Source: Fibrobacteria bacterium (lineage in GTDB: Bacteria > Fibrobacterota > Fibrobacteria > UBA11236). Taken from it: a stretch of DNA of 64,000 nt. Made by a program: the position numbers and the translations under genes. How positions within the stretch are numbered: position 1 is the stretch's first letter; each line of letters starts with the position of its first letter. The stretch lies in contig JBGTHM010000034.1 in NCBI GenBank assembly GCA_041746255.1, forward strand, positions 38,056-102,055, given 5' to 3'. The notes below the pieces were generated by a model. The model worked only from the letters and a program-made list of their open reading frames with translations, had not been told where the DNA came from and searched no databases. Below, one piece after another: positions 36,879-46,122 of the stretch.

Positions 36879-39157
36879 TGGCTTCCCGCCGGAAAAACTC
36901 CCGTACCCGATGGGTTGCGGCGCTGGTTTCCCTATTGGCGCTTTTCGCCTGGTTTCGGTATCCGGAAGCGCGCAAGCCCTTGAGCGGAGCCATTTTCAAG
37001 GTTTTCAGCAGCTTTGACGACACCGCTTCTCCCAGCGACCGGGTTGTGGTGGTAGCGATGGAGGAGACCGGCCTGCCGGGACAGGGACCCGGGCCCTGGC
37101 GCGCACGCGATTTCGCACAATTACTGCGACTTATCGCCGATGCCAAACCCGCGATTCTCGGTGTGAATTTCGAAGTGGAGGAAAATTATTCGTTGCGGGA
37201 CAAAGCCTTTCTGGCGCAGGTTCTCAGCCGGATGCCGGTGGTGCTGGATGGCGGCTTCGTCCCCGATGCCGCTTCGGCCTCGCGTTCGCCCGGTCATCCC
37301 CGTCCGCCCGAAAACGCTTTACTACCCTTAATTGCCGCCGATGGGGCTGCGGGCGATTTTCCGGAGGTGAAAGGAGGAGGTCAGGTAATCTACCCTTGGG
37401 GTTCCAATACTTCCTTATCCTACCGCCCCTCGCTCCAGGCCGTGGGAGCGCCGGTCTATCCGCTCCTGGCCCGATATGAGCATCAAATCGTTCCCTCGCT
37501 ACCCTTTGAGGTGGTGCGGCGCTATTTCGAAATTGATGGCTCCCAGGTGAGAATAATCGAAGGGGGAGGTGTCTTACTGGGCCCGGAGCGAGTGGTGCCT
37601 CTCAATGTGCGTGCCGAACTCCTTCCCGCCCTGGGCGAGGGACGAAATGCCATCAAGGTGATTTCGGCATTGGAACTCATGACGGGCGGCGTTGGACTCG
37701 AGGCCTTGCGAGGCCGCATCGTATTGCTTGGCGACGGTCAAGCGGGAGCCGGTTTGGGTCCCCCGGGCGCGCACCCGGCAAGTACGGAATTTTCCGCTGC
37801 CGTGGTATCCAATCTTTTGACACAGGCAGGGTATGTGCAACCGTTGTGGGAAGCGGGATTGGCCGCATTTTTGGCGCTGGTTTTTTTCCTGGGCGTATTG
37901 GTGGCTTCGTTTACCTTACCTGGTTTTTTGGTGGGCCTGCTGGCGGTGGGGCTTGCCTTGCTGTATCCCCTGTTATCTTTTTTGGTTTTCCGCACGGCGG
38001 GTTGGTGGCTACCCCCGGAATTACCCATTCTGGGCGTGATGAGCGCATGGTTGCCCTCGGTGCTCCTGGTTCTACGCCCTTCCCATTCTCCACTTCCACC
38101 CTCTTCCGGTCCTATTGCACCGATGTCGATACCAACCCCCATTCCGGTTTTGCATCCGACACCGGTTCCCGCTTGGTCGCCCACCCCAACTCCAATCCCA
38201 ACGGCGACATCATCTGCCCCGGAGGCTTCCGCGCCGTCGCTTCCGAAAAAACCGACGTCCCAACCGGTCGAAGCCAAAGAGCGTATCACCAGCCTTTCCA
38301 TGGAGCTGGGGGACGACAGGCCGCAAATCATCCGGGATGAAAGCGGCCACATCATCCAACTGGGCAAGTACCGGCTGGTCCGGAAAATCGCCACGGGCGG
38401 CGGTGGAGCGGTATTCGAGGGCCTCGATACCAGCATGGGTAGGAAGGTGGCCGTTAAAACCCTTTTGCAAGATGCTGATTTGCGTTTCAGCCGCATGCAG
38501 GACAGGTTCACCAACGAGGCACGCGCCGCAGGCTCGTTGAACCATCCCTACATCAACACGGTCTACGATTTCGGGCGTATCAAAGATGTTACCTACCTGG
38601 TATTGGAGTATTTGGAAGGACGGACTCTCGCGCAATGGATGCGGGAAAATCCGCTGCCCGAACCCAGGAGCCTTTTGACCTGGCTCGAGCAAATATGCGA
38701 CGCGCTCGACTATGCCCACGGCAAGCAAATCATCCATCGCGACATCAAGCCGGGCAACCTCATGCTGGTACAGGAGGATAAAGTCATTAAGCTGCTCGAT
38801 TTCGGCATCGCCAAGGTGGAGGACATGATGCTGACCCAGGCCGGAGTGGCCGTGGGCACTCCGGTGTATATGTCGCCCGAGCAATTCACGGGCGAGAAAG
38901 TGAGCTCAGCCTCGGATCAATACGGATTGTCGGTGGTCATCTATCAACTTTTGAGCCATAAGCTTCCTTATGCCGGCGCACGAATTCCGGAAATCTGCAA
39001 CCATATCGTAAAGAACGAACTCATTCCCTTGACCGAACAGAATTCCAGCATACCCCTTTGGTTCTGGGAATCGCTTAAAAAAGGCATGTCTCTCAAGGCA
39101 GCGGATAGATATGGGAGCTGTACCGAGCTGTACCTGGCGCTCAAGGCTTGCGTATAG
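36875..39157 (+). CDS. CHASE2-domain membrane Ser/Thr protein kinase
   Basis: VVVVAMEE...GPWRAR..FAQLL (CHASE2-like), LRGRIVLLG, three TM helices, Pro/Thr linker, VAVK, HRDIKPGN, DFG, GTPVYMSPE. Confidence 0.88.
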   Translation: MMASRRKNSRTRWVAALVSLLALFAWFRYPEARKPLSGAIFKVFSSFDDTASPSDRVVVVAMEETGLPGQGPGPWRARDFAQLLRLIADAKPAILGVNFEVEENYSLRDKAFLAQVLSRMPVVLDGGFVPDAASASRSPGHPRPPENALLPLIAADGAAGDFPEVKGGGQVIYPWGSNTSLSYRPSLQAVGAPVYPLLARYEHQIVPSLPFEVVRRYFEIDGSQVRIIEGGGVLLGPERVVPLNVRAELLPALGEGRNAIKVISALELMTGGVGLEALRGRIVLLGDGQAGAGLGPPGAHPASTEFSAAVVSNLLTQAGYVQPLWEAGLAAFLALVFFLGVLVASFTLPGFLVGLLAVGLALLYPLLSFLVFRTAGWWLPPELPILGVMSAWLPSVLLVLRPSHSPLPPSSGPIAPMSIPTPIPVLHPTPVPAWSPTPTPIPTATSSAPEASAPSLPKKPTSQPVEAKERITSLSMELGDDRPQIIRDESGHIIQLGKYRLVRKIATGGGGAVFEGLDTSMGRKVAVKTLLQDADLRFSRMQDRFTNEARAAGSLNHPYINTVYDFGRIKDVTYLVLEYLEGRTLAQWMRENPLPEPRSLLTWLEQICDALDYAHGKQIIHRDIKPGNLMLVQEDKVIKLLDFGIAKVEDMMLTQAGVAVGTPVYMSPEQFTGEKVSSASDQYGLSVVIYQLLSHKLPYAGARIPEICNHIVKNELIPLTEQNSSIPLWFWESLKKGMSLKAADRYGSCTELYLALKACV

Positions 39158-39229
39158 GCAGCTTCCCCCCAAGTGTACTTTATTTCGCCTTTTTCTATGT
39201 TGATGAGGTTTTTCCGGAGAAGATTGCAC

Positions 39230-41065
39230 ATGAGGTCATTCCTTTCCAAGCTGCTATTTTCCCATTTGTTGTTATTGGGTCTGGTGTTCGCACAAGGCCC
39301 GCAAGCCAAGCAACCAGAGGCCCAGCGCCTGTTGGCTCAAGCGGAAAAGGCTTATCAGGCCGGGGACTATCCCGGGGCGGAGGGTCATTTACTCCGCCTT
39401 TTGCGGCTTAGCGGACAATCGCCGGAATCGGAAAGGGCGGCGGTAATCCTGGCGGACGTGATGCTGCGCCAGAACCAACACGCCAAAGCCGAAATGCTGA
39501 TTGCGCGTTTCCGGCAGTATTACCTCTCTTCCCCCTATATCGCCCGCATGCTTTATTACGAAGGATTGGTACGGATGCACAAAGGCGAAAATGCCGCGGC
39601 GGCCAAGGCATTCGTACAATCCGCGAACAGGACGGCGGTACTCTCCTTGTTTGAAAACAACGAACGGGCGCTGCGACATCTCATAATAGGGCGGGGTCTC
39701 AAAACCGAAGAGATGCAGGAGGCCCTGCAAGCGGCGGAAAAGTCGGCGGGCATGACATCCCTGTTGCTGGAGGCCTTGGGCGACGAATATTTCCATAGCG
39801 GACGCTTTCGGGCTGCGCAAACCTCTTATCAGGACTGGCTGGCAAAGTTCCCACAGTCGCCGAGGGCGTCTGAAGTGCGGGAAAAGCTGAAGAAATCCGC
39901 TTCGACCTCGTCTACCGCCAAGACGATTCTCATCATGGCGCCTTTCTCCGGAGACTTCAGTGATATCGGCAAGGTATTGAATGAAGGCGCCCAGTTGGCG
40001 GTTGAAGAATACGGAAAACGATCGGGTGCGGACTATCGCAGCCTGCGGCTTGATACGCAAGGCGACCCCATCACCGCGGTAAATAAATTGCGCAAGATTT
40101 TGCGCGATGAAGATGTGGATGCCATCGTAGGACCTGCCATGAGCGACGTTTCCACGGCGGTAGCGATTGAACTCAGTAGCCGGGGAAGTAAAATCCCCAT
40201 GGTCACTCCCACGGCTACGACCTACGGCATCGCCGATTTGGGGGAAGGTATTTTCCAGTTCAATGTGACGACGGCCATGCTGGGGCGTGCCATCTCCGCA
40301 TATGCCTTGAATTGTCTCGGCATCAAAGACTATGCCATCCTGGCCCCCAACACCGAATACGGATTTCAATTGGCGGAGGCATTCCGCGCGAATGTGGATA
40401 AAAACGGGGGTTTGATTTTGGCCCACGAATATTACAATCCCAATGACGCCGACCTGTCCGCGTTTTTTCAAAAAATCCGAACCCAGGTGGCGCGGGTCAA
40501 GCTTGAGCGTGAAGGCTTCGCAAAAGGCTTCGCGGGGGAAAGTATCGGCGCCTCCCTGAAAAAAGCCGTGGCGGATTCCGTGCTCGAAGTTCCCGGATTG
40601 TTTCTGGCCGCCGGTAACGGCGAAGAAGTCTATAAGGTTGCTTCGCAAACCTCTTACAATAAACTCCGAGGGCAATTTCTCGGGTCTTCGGGATGGAATG
40701 ATAAAGTGCTGCTGCATAAGCAGTCGCCGGTGGTGCAAGGATCCATATTCAGCGTGGATTTTCCCGAAAACCCCTCGAGCGAGTCCTGGACGGCATTTCG
40801 CCGCAACTACCAGGCTCGTTGGAACCGGGCGCCGGATAAGGTGGGTGCGCTGGGCTATGACGCCATGCGCTTCGTGTTGGAGGGACTGCAAGCCTCTTCC
40901 GGTAAGGACGGGCTTATCGGCACTTTGCGGGCGGTGAAATCGTTCGAGGGCGTACAAGGCAAGGTGCTTTTCAGTGACGGGAATGGCGCCAATGAGAATA
41001 CCGCTCTCTATCGCATCGAGAGACGGGGTTTCACCGAGATTACCGGATGCGCGGAATCGCCCTAG
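39230..41065 (+). CDS. TPR plus periplasmic-binding-fold protein (LpoA/LppC-like)
   Basis: Signal peptide, TPR/BamD-like helices, APFSG, DTQGDP, AIVGP, ALGYDA, FEGVQG. Confidence 0.78.
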   Translation: MRSFLSKLLFSHLLLLGLVFAQGPQAKQPEAQRLLAQAEKAYQAGDYPGAEGHLLRLLRLSGQSPESERAAVILADVMLRQNQHAKAEMLIARFRQYYLSSPYIARMLYYEGLVRMHKGENAAAAKAFVQSANRTAVLSLFENNERALRHLIIGRGLKTEEMQEALQAAEKSAGMTSLLLEALGDEYFHSGRFRAAQTSYQDWLAKFPQSPRASEVREKLKKSASTSSTAKTILIMAPFSGDFSDIGKVLNEGAQLAVEEYGKRSGADYRSLRLDTQGDPITAVNKLRKILRDEDVDAIVGPAMSDVSTAVAIELSSRGSKIPMVTPTATTYGIADLGEGIFQFNVTTAMLGRAISAYALNCLGIKDYAILAPNTEYGFQLAEAFRANVDKNGGLILAHEYYNPNDADLSAFFQKIRTQVARVKLEREGFAKGFAGESIGASLKKAVADSVLEVPGLFLAAGNGEEVYKVASQTSYNKLRGQFLGSSGWNDKVLLHKQSPVVQGSIFSVDFPENPSSESWTAFRRNYQARWNRAPDKVGALGYDAMRFVLEGLQASSGKDGLIGTLRAVKSFEGVQGKVLFSDGNGANENTALYRIERRGFTEITGCAESP

Positions 41066-41097
41066 CCTCGTGGGGCTCGCCGTGAAGAAAGGACAAC

Positions 41098-41304
41098 ATG
41101 TCGGCACCTTGTTGGGACGAACTTTGCGGCCCCGATTGCGCCTATTGCCCCTATAAGCAGGCGCGTTATCGGCAGGGATTTGCCCAACCCTGTTATGAAT
41201 GGTTTCGGGAACGTAAAATCCCGAAGAACTGCAAGAGCTGCGCGTATTATCTGGGCCAGCGGAATGTGAACCCCTCTTTGCCCGAAGATCCGGCCTTCCA
41301 TTGA
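41098..41304 (+). CDS. Small cysteine-rich hypothetical protein (68 aa, 7 Cys)
   Basis: AAAGGA RBS; fills the gap between two genes; its stop overlaps the next start. Confidence 0.65.
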   Translation: MSAPCWDELCGPDCAYCPYKQARYRQGFAQPCYEWFRERKIPKNCKSCAYYLGQRNVNPSLPEDPAFH

Positions 41305-42515
41305 AAAATCCGAAAACCTTGCGCAAAAGCCCCGGTGAGGAAGTCTCGCTGCAAATCGAGAAAATCGTTGCCGGCGGACAAGGTCTGGCCCGGTTGGAGG
41401 GAAAAGCCGTATTCATTGCCGGGGTTTTGCCGGGTGAGACGGTAAGGGCGCGCATCATCGAAAGTAAACGCGATTTCGAGCGGGCCGAATTGGTCTCGGT
41501 GGAGCAATCTTCTCCCCGCCGGGTGATTCCCGTTTGCCCGGTGGCGGGAATCTGCGGAGGATGCGACTGGATTTTCATCGACTATGCCGAGCAACTACGG
41601 CTTAAGGTTGAATTGGCCACGGAAGCCTTCCTGCGGGTGGGAGGCCTTAAACCACCTCAATTCGGAATCGAGCCTTCTTCTCCCCTGGGTTACCGGAATC
41701 GAATCCAGGTCCACCTCGACGCCGATGGCCGGGCCGGATTCATGGGCAGAAAATCACGCCGGGTCGTTCCCCTGCAGGAATGTCCCGTAGCGGTTCCGGG
41801 CTTGCAAAGTTTGTTTCTCAAAAAACCGGAAGCTGCGGGAATGGGACGCTTTCCCGCCTTTGCCTATCGTGATGCATCCGGCAACGATGTTCTCCATTCC
41901 GGCGAGGGCGGTGACGGAGGTGAAATCGTTGTCTCAGTATTGGGTAAACCCATTGCGTTCAATTTGCGATGCTTCTTTCAGAGCAACCTCGTCGACTTGG
42001 AAAAACTTATTCCTTATGTACTGTCGGATTTCGAGGGAAGCGCTTCCGAAGAACCCTGGGAATTGGCACTTGATTTATACGGGGGTATCGGGATGTTCGG
42101 CGCTTTCCTATCCCAACACTTCAAGCGTATACTGGTGGTGGAAGAGAATCGGGAAGCCTTGCGCTATGCCAGGCTCAATATTCCGGGTGAGGCGCATACG
42201 TTTCGCGCGGCCCGGGTTGAATCCTGGGTAACGGGCGCGGACTCGCATTTGGATGTGCGGGTTTCCCAGGGGAAGGTGGCGGCTTTTGTCGATCCTCCGC
42301 GAACGGGGTTGGACGCGGGAGTCATTCCTTTTCTGGGAAGGGCACCCCTTAACCGCTTGACCTATGTGTCTTGCAACCCTGTGACCCTGGCGAGAGATGC
42401 GGGAAGGCTTGTCGCCGAAGGCTGGGAAATCGCAGAGGGCAGGCTTTTTGATTTTTACCCGCAAACTTCGCATATCGAAGCGGTGGTGAAATTTGTCAGG
42501 ACCCGGAATGCCTGA
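41301..42515 (+). CDS. TRAM-domain RNA (uracil-5)-methyltransferase, RlmD/TrmA family
   Basis: TRAM domain, CPVAGICGGC Fe-S motif, YRNR, FFQSN, DPPRTG, YVSCNPVTLARD, DFYPQTSHIE. Confidence 0.93.
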   Translation: MKNPKTLRKSPGEEVSLQIEKIVAGGQGLARLEGKAVFIAGVLPGETVRARIIESKRDFERAELVSVEQSSPRRVIPVCPVAGICGGCDWIFIDYAEQLRLKVELATEAFLRVGGLKPPQFGIEPSSPLGYRNRIQVHLDADGRAGFMGRKSRRVVPLQECPVAVPGLQSLFLKKPEAAGMGRFPAFAYRDASGNDVLHSGEGGDGGEIVVSVLGKPIAFNLRCFFQSNLVDLEKLIPYVLSDFEGSASEEPWELALDLYGGIGMFGAFLSQHFKRILVVEENREALRYARLNIPGEAHTFRAARVESWVTGADSHLDVRVSQGKVAAFVDPPRTGLDAGVIPFLGRAPLNRLTYVSCNPVTLARDAGRLVAEGWEIAEGRLFDFYPQTSHIEAVVKFVRTRNA

Positions 42516-42517
42516 GC

Positions 42518-42548
42518 GAAATGAGGCCGACGGCCCTCTTCGTTTTTT
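42518..42548 (+). terminator. Possible intrinsic terminator
   Basis: Imperfect GC hairpin (gcgaaatgaggccg-a-cggccctcttcg) followed by a T run, just after the methyltransferase stop. Confidence 0.45.
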
Positions 42549-42605
42549 CGCCGACCAAGTCGAAATTGTTAAGTTTGGCTCGCATGATATGAACCGGGAG
42601 GAACA

Positions 42606-43205
42606 ATGCTGCTGACTCTACTTTTCTGGACCGTTCTGGGAATACTTAGCCTGGTTTTCATTTCCGCCATTGTAGCCACGTTGCGGCGAGGCTCCCAAAA
42701 TGCCCAAAATCAGGGAGCGAACGGAGAAGAAATTGCTCCCATTTACGCCAGTGGGGTCTTCTCCCTGATTCGGAAATCGCCAAGGAACGAGATTCTTACC
42801 CGTGAACCTTCGCTTGCGGAAATCCAGGCGATACTGGCGCTTCCCGAGGCGACCGCCATTGCGAATGGCTCGGCGCAGCAGTATCTCGACGAGTGGCGGA
42901 GGATGGCGAATATTAGTATAAATAACATCGAAAAAGGGGACAGGGAGGGCGTACAAACCTACCGATACCGCGTTCCGGAGAAGTGCCAAGACTGTTGTTC
43001 CATGTTTGCGGGAGATGCTTATGTTACGCGTGAACAGCTCCACAAACATGCCGAACTCATTCCGCCCTTCCATCTGGGCTGCGGTTGCGAGCTATTGGCC
43101 CGTCAGGCGTGGAGCCCGGGTACGGATACCGCGAGTTGGACGCCCATTCTCCCCGATAAGGGCAAATACAGCACACCGGATTGGAGACGCGTTGTCAACC
43201 TTTAG
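42606..43205 (+). CDS. Single-TM hypothetical protein with CxxC...PPxHxxCxC motif
   Basis: GGAGGA RBS, N-terminal TM helix, CQDCC...IPPFHLGCGC. Confidence 0.75.
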   Translation: MLLTLLFWTVLGILSLVFISAIVATLRRGSQNAQNQGANGEEIAPIYASGVFSLIRKSPRNEILTREPSLAEIQAILALPEATAIANGSAQQYLDEWRRMANISINNIEKGDREGVQTYRYRVPEKCQDCCSMFAGDAYVTREQLHKHAELIPPFHLGCGCELLARQAWSPGTDTASWTPILPDKGKYSTPDWRRVVNL

Positions 43206-45675
43206 CCTTCCCAAAGCTTTTCTGTTTCTACTCACCGGCTTGCTTCTCACATTTGAAAAGGCGTTTCCCCAAGGTGGTTCCGCCGTTATCACCTTGGTTA
43301 TGCCCGTGGGCGCGCGTCAGTTGGGCATGGGTGAAACCGGCGTAGCCCTTTCCGACGATGTATTCGGAACCTTCTGGAATCCCGCCGGCTTGGCTTTCGG
43401 CCCTCTCTCCAATGAATGGGAACATGTGCTCGACCGGAATTATGTCGTCAACGACGTGTCCATGCAACATACTTTCACGGCCTTGGCGGGTAAGCCCCGT
43501 TCCGGTTTCCTCATCAAACCCCTTGTCTGGGCGGGAACCCGCGACGGATTGATGCGCTTCGACGGAAAATCCTGGCGGGGGTACCATGAGATTGTATTGG
43601 AGCAGGGCGATAAAATAGACGCCTTGGTCAGGCGCTATATCGGAACCGGCGACGGACTGGATAGCCTCGTTATAAAAGTGCGCAACTATAATCGCATCAA
43701 ATCCGACCAGGACATGGAAGATCGCATCAGCATTCGCATGCCCTACAACCTGATGTTCCAGGATTCGGTAACGGCCATGGCGTTGGATCCTTCCGATCGT
43801 CTTTGGGTGGGCACCACCGGCGGTCTGTATCGTTTTGACGGCTCGGGGTGGAAGTCCTTCGCCAATGAACCGGAATTATTGATTTCATCCGGAGGCCCAG
43901 CCGCCAACCCGGTTAGCCTCGCGCAAAGAAACAGGGAGTCGCTTGAAAGCGACGGGGTAGGCGCCGATACGCTCGCGGCGGCGGTCCCAGTGGATACCGG
44001 CATTACAGCCGATACGGTGGATTCATTCGTTGCAGCCGATACAGCGGCGTCGGATACGTCGGTGGCAGTCGTGACGCCAGCACCCGCACCGCTCGCTGTG
44101 ACGCTTCCCCAACCGACGGGCAAGGAGCGGAGAAAAGCCATCACCGCCTTGGCCATAAAAGGTTCCAGCGTGTGGATAGGCACCGAAGACGGCCTTTACG
44201 AATATCGTGGTGCGGTGATGTCGCGACGCGGCGAAGGCTTGCTCCCCAGTCAGCATATCACTTCCATCGGCTCGCATGAAGACATCGATCGCATCTATGT
44301 CGGGATCAAAGACAAGGGTGTCGCGCGATATATCCCACCCAAAACCTCGGATGCGGCCGCCAGGTGGCGCTTGTTCACCCCCGCAGACGGAGTCTTGGAC
44401 GCGACCGCCTCGCGTCTTCTCGTGGATAAATACGGACATGTGTGGGCGGCCCATGCGAACGGGATTTCACACTTTTCCCTGCGGTCCTGGGAAAAAATCC
44501 ATTTCAAGAACCAGACGGTAAACACCCTGTCTCTGGATGACGACGACAATATCTGGATAGGCACCTCGGAGGGAGCGTGGAAACATACCCCCAATTACAC
44601 CAATCCCAAGGGACGCGCGTTGGCCCGTACCGACGCTCCCCCCCAGGAGGAGAAGAAGAACGAGGTCAAGGGAGACTGGGTGCATTTCCATGCGGGGAAC
44701 GGGCTAAAGAATAAAAACGTGATTGATATCAAAACCCAGGGACGCGACGTTTGGTTCATCACCGATGCCGGTATAGAACGGTACAACAGCGCCAAGACCC
44801 AAACAGGATTCTTTTTCGAAAGCCTGTTGCCCGTATTGAAGCTTCCCGATCTTTACCATGCCTACATGGGCACCACCTTTCCCATCGAGGAATGGGGGAC
44901 GGTCGGCGGATTCGTCAATTACATATCCTTCGGCTCGAACGATCAGACAAATGAAGTCGGCGATGTCATCAATAGCTTCAAATCCTATGAGCTGGTGGGC
45001 GCGCTTTCCTACGGCACCAAGCTGCGGCAAAATGTGGGCTTGGGCCTTAATGCCAAGTTCATCTACTCCGCGCTCGCTTCGGGTCCGACGGCCACAGGGG
45101 AAAAATCCGATGGAATCGCGGCCAGCTATGCCTTCGACGCCGGTCTCATCTGGAAAAACGTGTATTTCCAAGGGCTCAGCCTCGGGGCGGTGATGCAGAA
45201 CATGGGGCCCGCGGTTTTCTATGTGGACCAGGCCCAGGCCGATCCCATTCCCTTTACGTGGAAGTTGGGCATGGCCTATGATATCGTCCGCAGCACCAAC
45301 CATAAGCTCGTCGTTGCCGCCGATGCCAACCGCGAGGCAGTGTACCGCGAGAAGAATACCGCAGCGCCAGTCTATATCGGCGCATGGAAGGAAATCATTT
45401 ATCCTTTCGAAGACAAGGACCATACCCGACGCGAAGTCTTCGATGAAAACGTGCGCCTCTCCGTCTTCAACATGGGCGCCGAATACGTCTATGCCAACGT
45501 GGCGGCCTTCCGTACCGGTTACCTCTACGATCGCAGCGGCAAGCGCAGTGAGCTCGACATCGGCCTGGGTTTCATGCTTTCCGACATCCTACAGGTAGAT
45601 GGCACCTACATCAAATCCTTCGATGACGGCATCCGCGACGGGCAGAAGCGCTTCAGCCTCATCATGCGATTTTGA
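43192..45675 (+). CDS. PorV/PorQ family outer membrane protein with beta-propeller insertion
   Basis: LVMPVGARQLGMGETGVALSDDVFGTFWNPAGL N-terminal motif; repeated W(V/I)GTxxGL units; barrel strands GLGLNAKFIYS, FDAGLIWK, LGAVMQNMGP; terminal Phe; start reassigned to TTG 43192. Confidence 0.82.
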   Translation: MSTFSLPKAFLFLLTGLLLTFEKAFPQGGSAVITLVMPVGARQLGMGETGVALSDDVFGTFWNPAGLAFGPLSNEWEHVLDRNYVVNDVSMQHTFTALAGKPRSGFLIKPLVWAGTRDGLMRFDGKSWRGYHEIVLEQGDKIDALVRRYIGTGDGLDSLVIKVRNYNRIKSDQDMEDRISIRMPYNLMFQDSVTAMALDPSDRLWVGTTGGLYRFDGSGWKSFANEPELLISSGGPAANPVSLAQRNRESLESDGVGADTLAAAVPVDTGITADTVDSFVAADTAASDTSVAVVTPAPAPLAVTLPQPTGKERRKAITALAIKGSSVWIGTEDGLYEYRGAVMSRRGEGLLPSQHITSIGSHEDIDRIYVGIKDKGVARYIPPKTSDAAARWRLFTPADGVLDATASRLLVDKYGHVWAAHANGISHFSLRSWEKIHFKNQTVNTLSLDDDDNIWIGTSEGAWKHTPNYTNPKGRALARTDAPPQEEKKNEVKGDWVHFHAGNGLKNKNVIDIKTQGRDVWFITDAGIERYNSAKTQTGFFFESLLPVLKLPDLYHAYMGTTFPIEEWGTVGGFVNYISFGSNDQTNEVGDVINSFKSYELVGALSYGTKLRQNVGLGLNAKFIYSALASGPTATGEKSDGIAASYAFDAGLIWKNVYFQGLSLGAVMQNMGPAVFYVDQAQADPIPFTWKLGMAYDIVRSTNHKLVVAADANREAVYREKNTAAPVYIGAWKEIIYPFEDKDHTRREVFDENVRLSVFNMGAEYVYANVAAFRTGYLYDRSGKRSELDIGLGFMLSDILQVDGTYIKSFDDGIRDGQKRFSLIMRF

Positions 45676-45709
45676 AAGCTTTTTTCCCGCCCCTTGTCCG
45701 AAACCAGGT

Positions 45710-45955
45710 TTAAGCCAACTGGTCAAAAACTCCGGTGAGACGGTCGGAAATCGCCTCGCTGACCGTAGTTGAGCCGTAATATCCCGATTGGATCCGGTTT
45801 TTTACCACGTTGATGCGCTCATCGCGCGAGAGCTTGGGGGGCATGGGCTTTTCGCCCCCGTCTTTCTCATTCCTTTCGGCCCGGGCAACGCTCTTGACAC
45901 CCGGTTGCTTGCCGCCGGACAACATTGAGATTGAGCTTAAGGCATCGATTCGCAT
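45710..45955 (-). CDS. flgM: Flagellar anti-sigma28 factor FlgM-like
   Basis: RDERINVVKNRIQSGYY...AISDRL C-terminal pattern; sigma28-type promoter upstream. Confidence 0.7.
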   Translation of the reverse strand: MRIDALSSISMLSGGKQPGVKSVARAERNEKDGGEKPMPPKLSRDERINVVKNRIQSGYYGSTTVSEAISDRLTGVFDQLA

Positions 45956-46011
45956 CTTTTCAGGCTCCCAAGGTCTAGCCGTCGGATTGGACGGACCTTG
46001 TGCTATCCTGT

Positions 46012-46039
46012 ATATCGGAGGGGCAGTGCAGTCGCTTTA
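46012..46039 (-). promoter_or_regulatory. Sigma28 (FliA/SigD) promoter
   Basis: Minus strand TAAA-N16-TCCGATAT versus consensus TAAA-N15/16-GCCGATA(A/T), ~56 bp upstream of flgM. Confidence 0.65.
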
Positions 46040-46122
46040 ACTTTTTTGTTAACTTTTTTCCGCCGTTAAGCCCCTTTGGTTTCGGTCTTTGTGCTTTTAG
46101 AGAATTTTTCCAGCGAGCCCCT

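Noticed and set aside
38080..38280. Repetitive-looking DNA in the CHASE2 kinase
   Set aside because: Encodes a Pro/Thr linker; not a DNA-level tandem repeat or array.
39389..41578. 729-aa minus-strand ORF, and similar long ORFs at 16208-17656, 5998-7221 and 26720-27820
   Set aside because: No recognisable motifs; they overlap well-supported genes and are expected shadows in GC-rich DNA.
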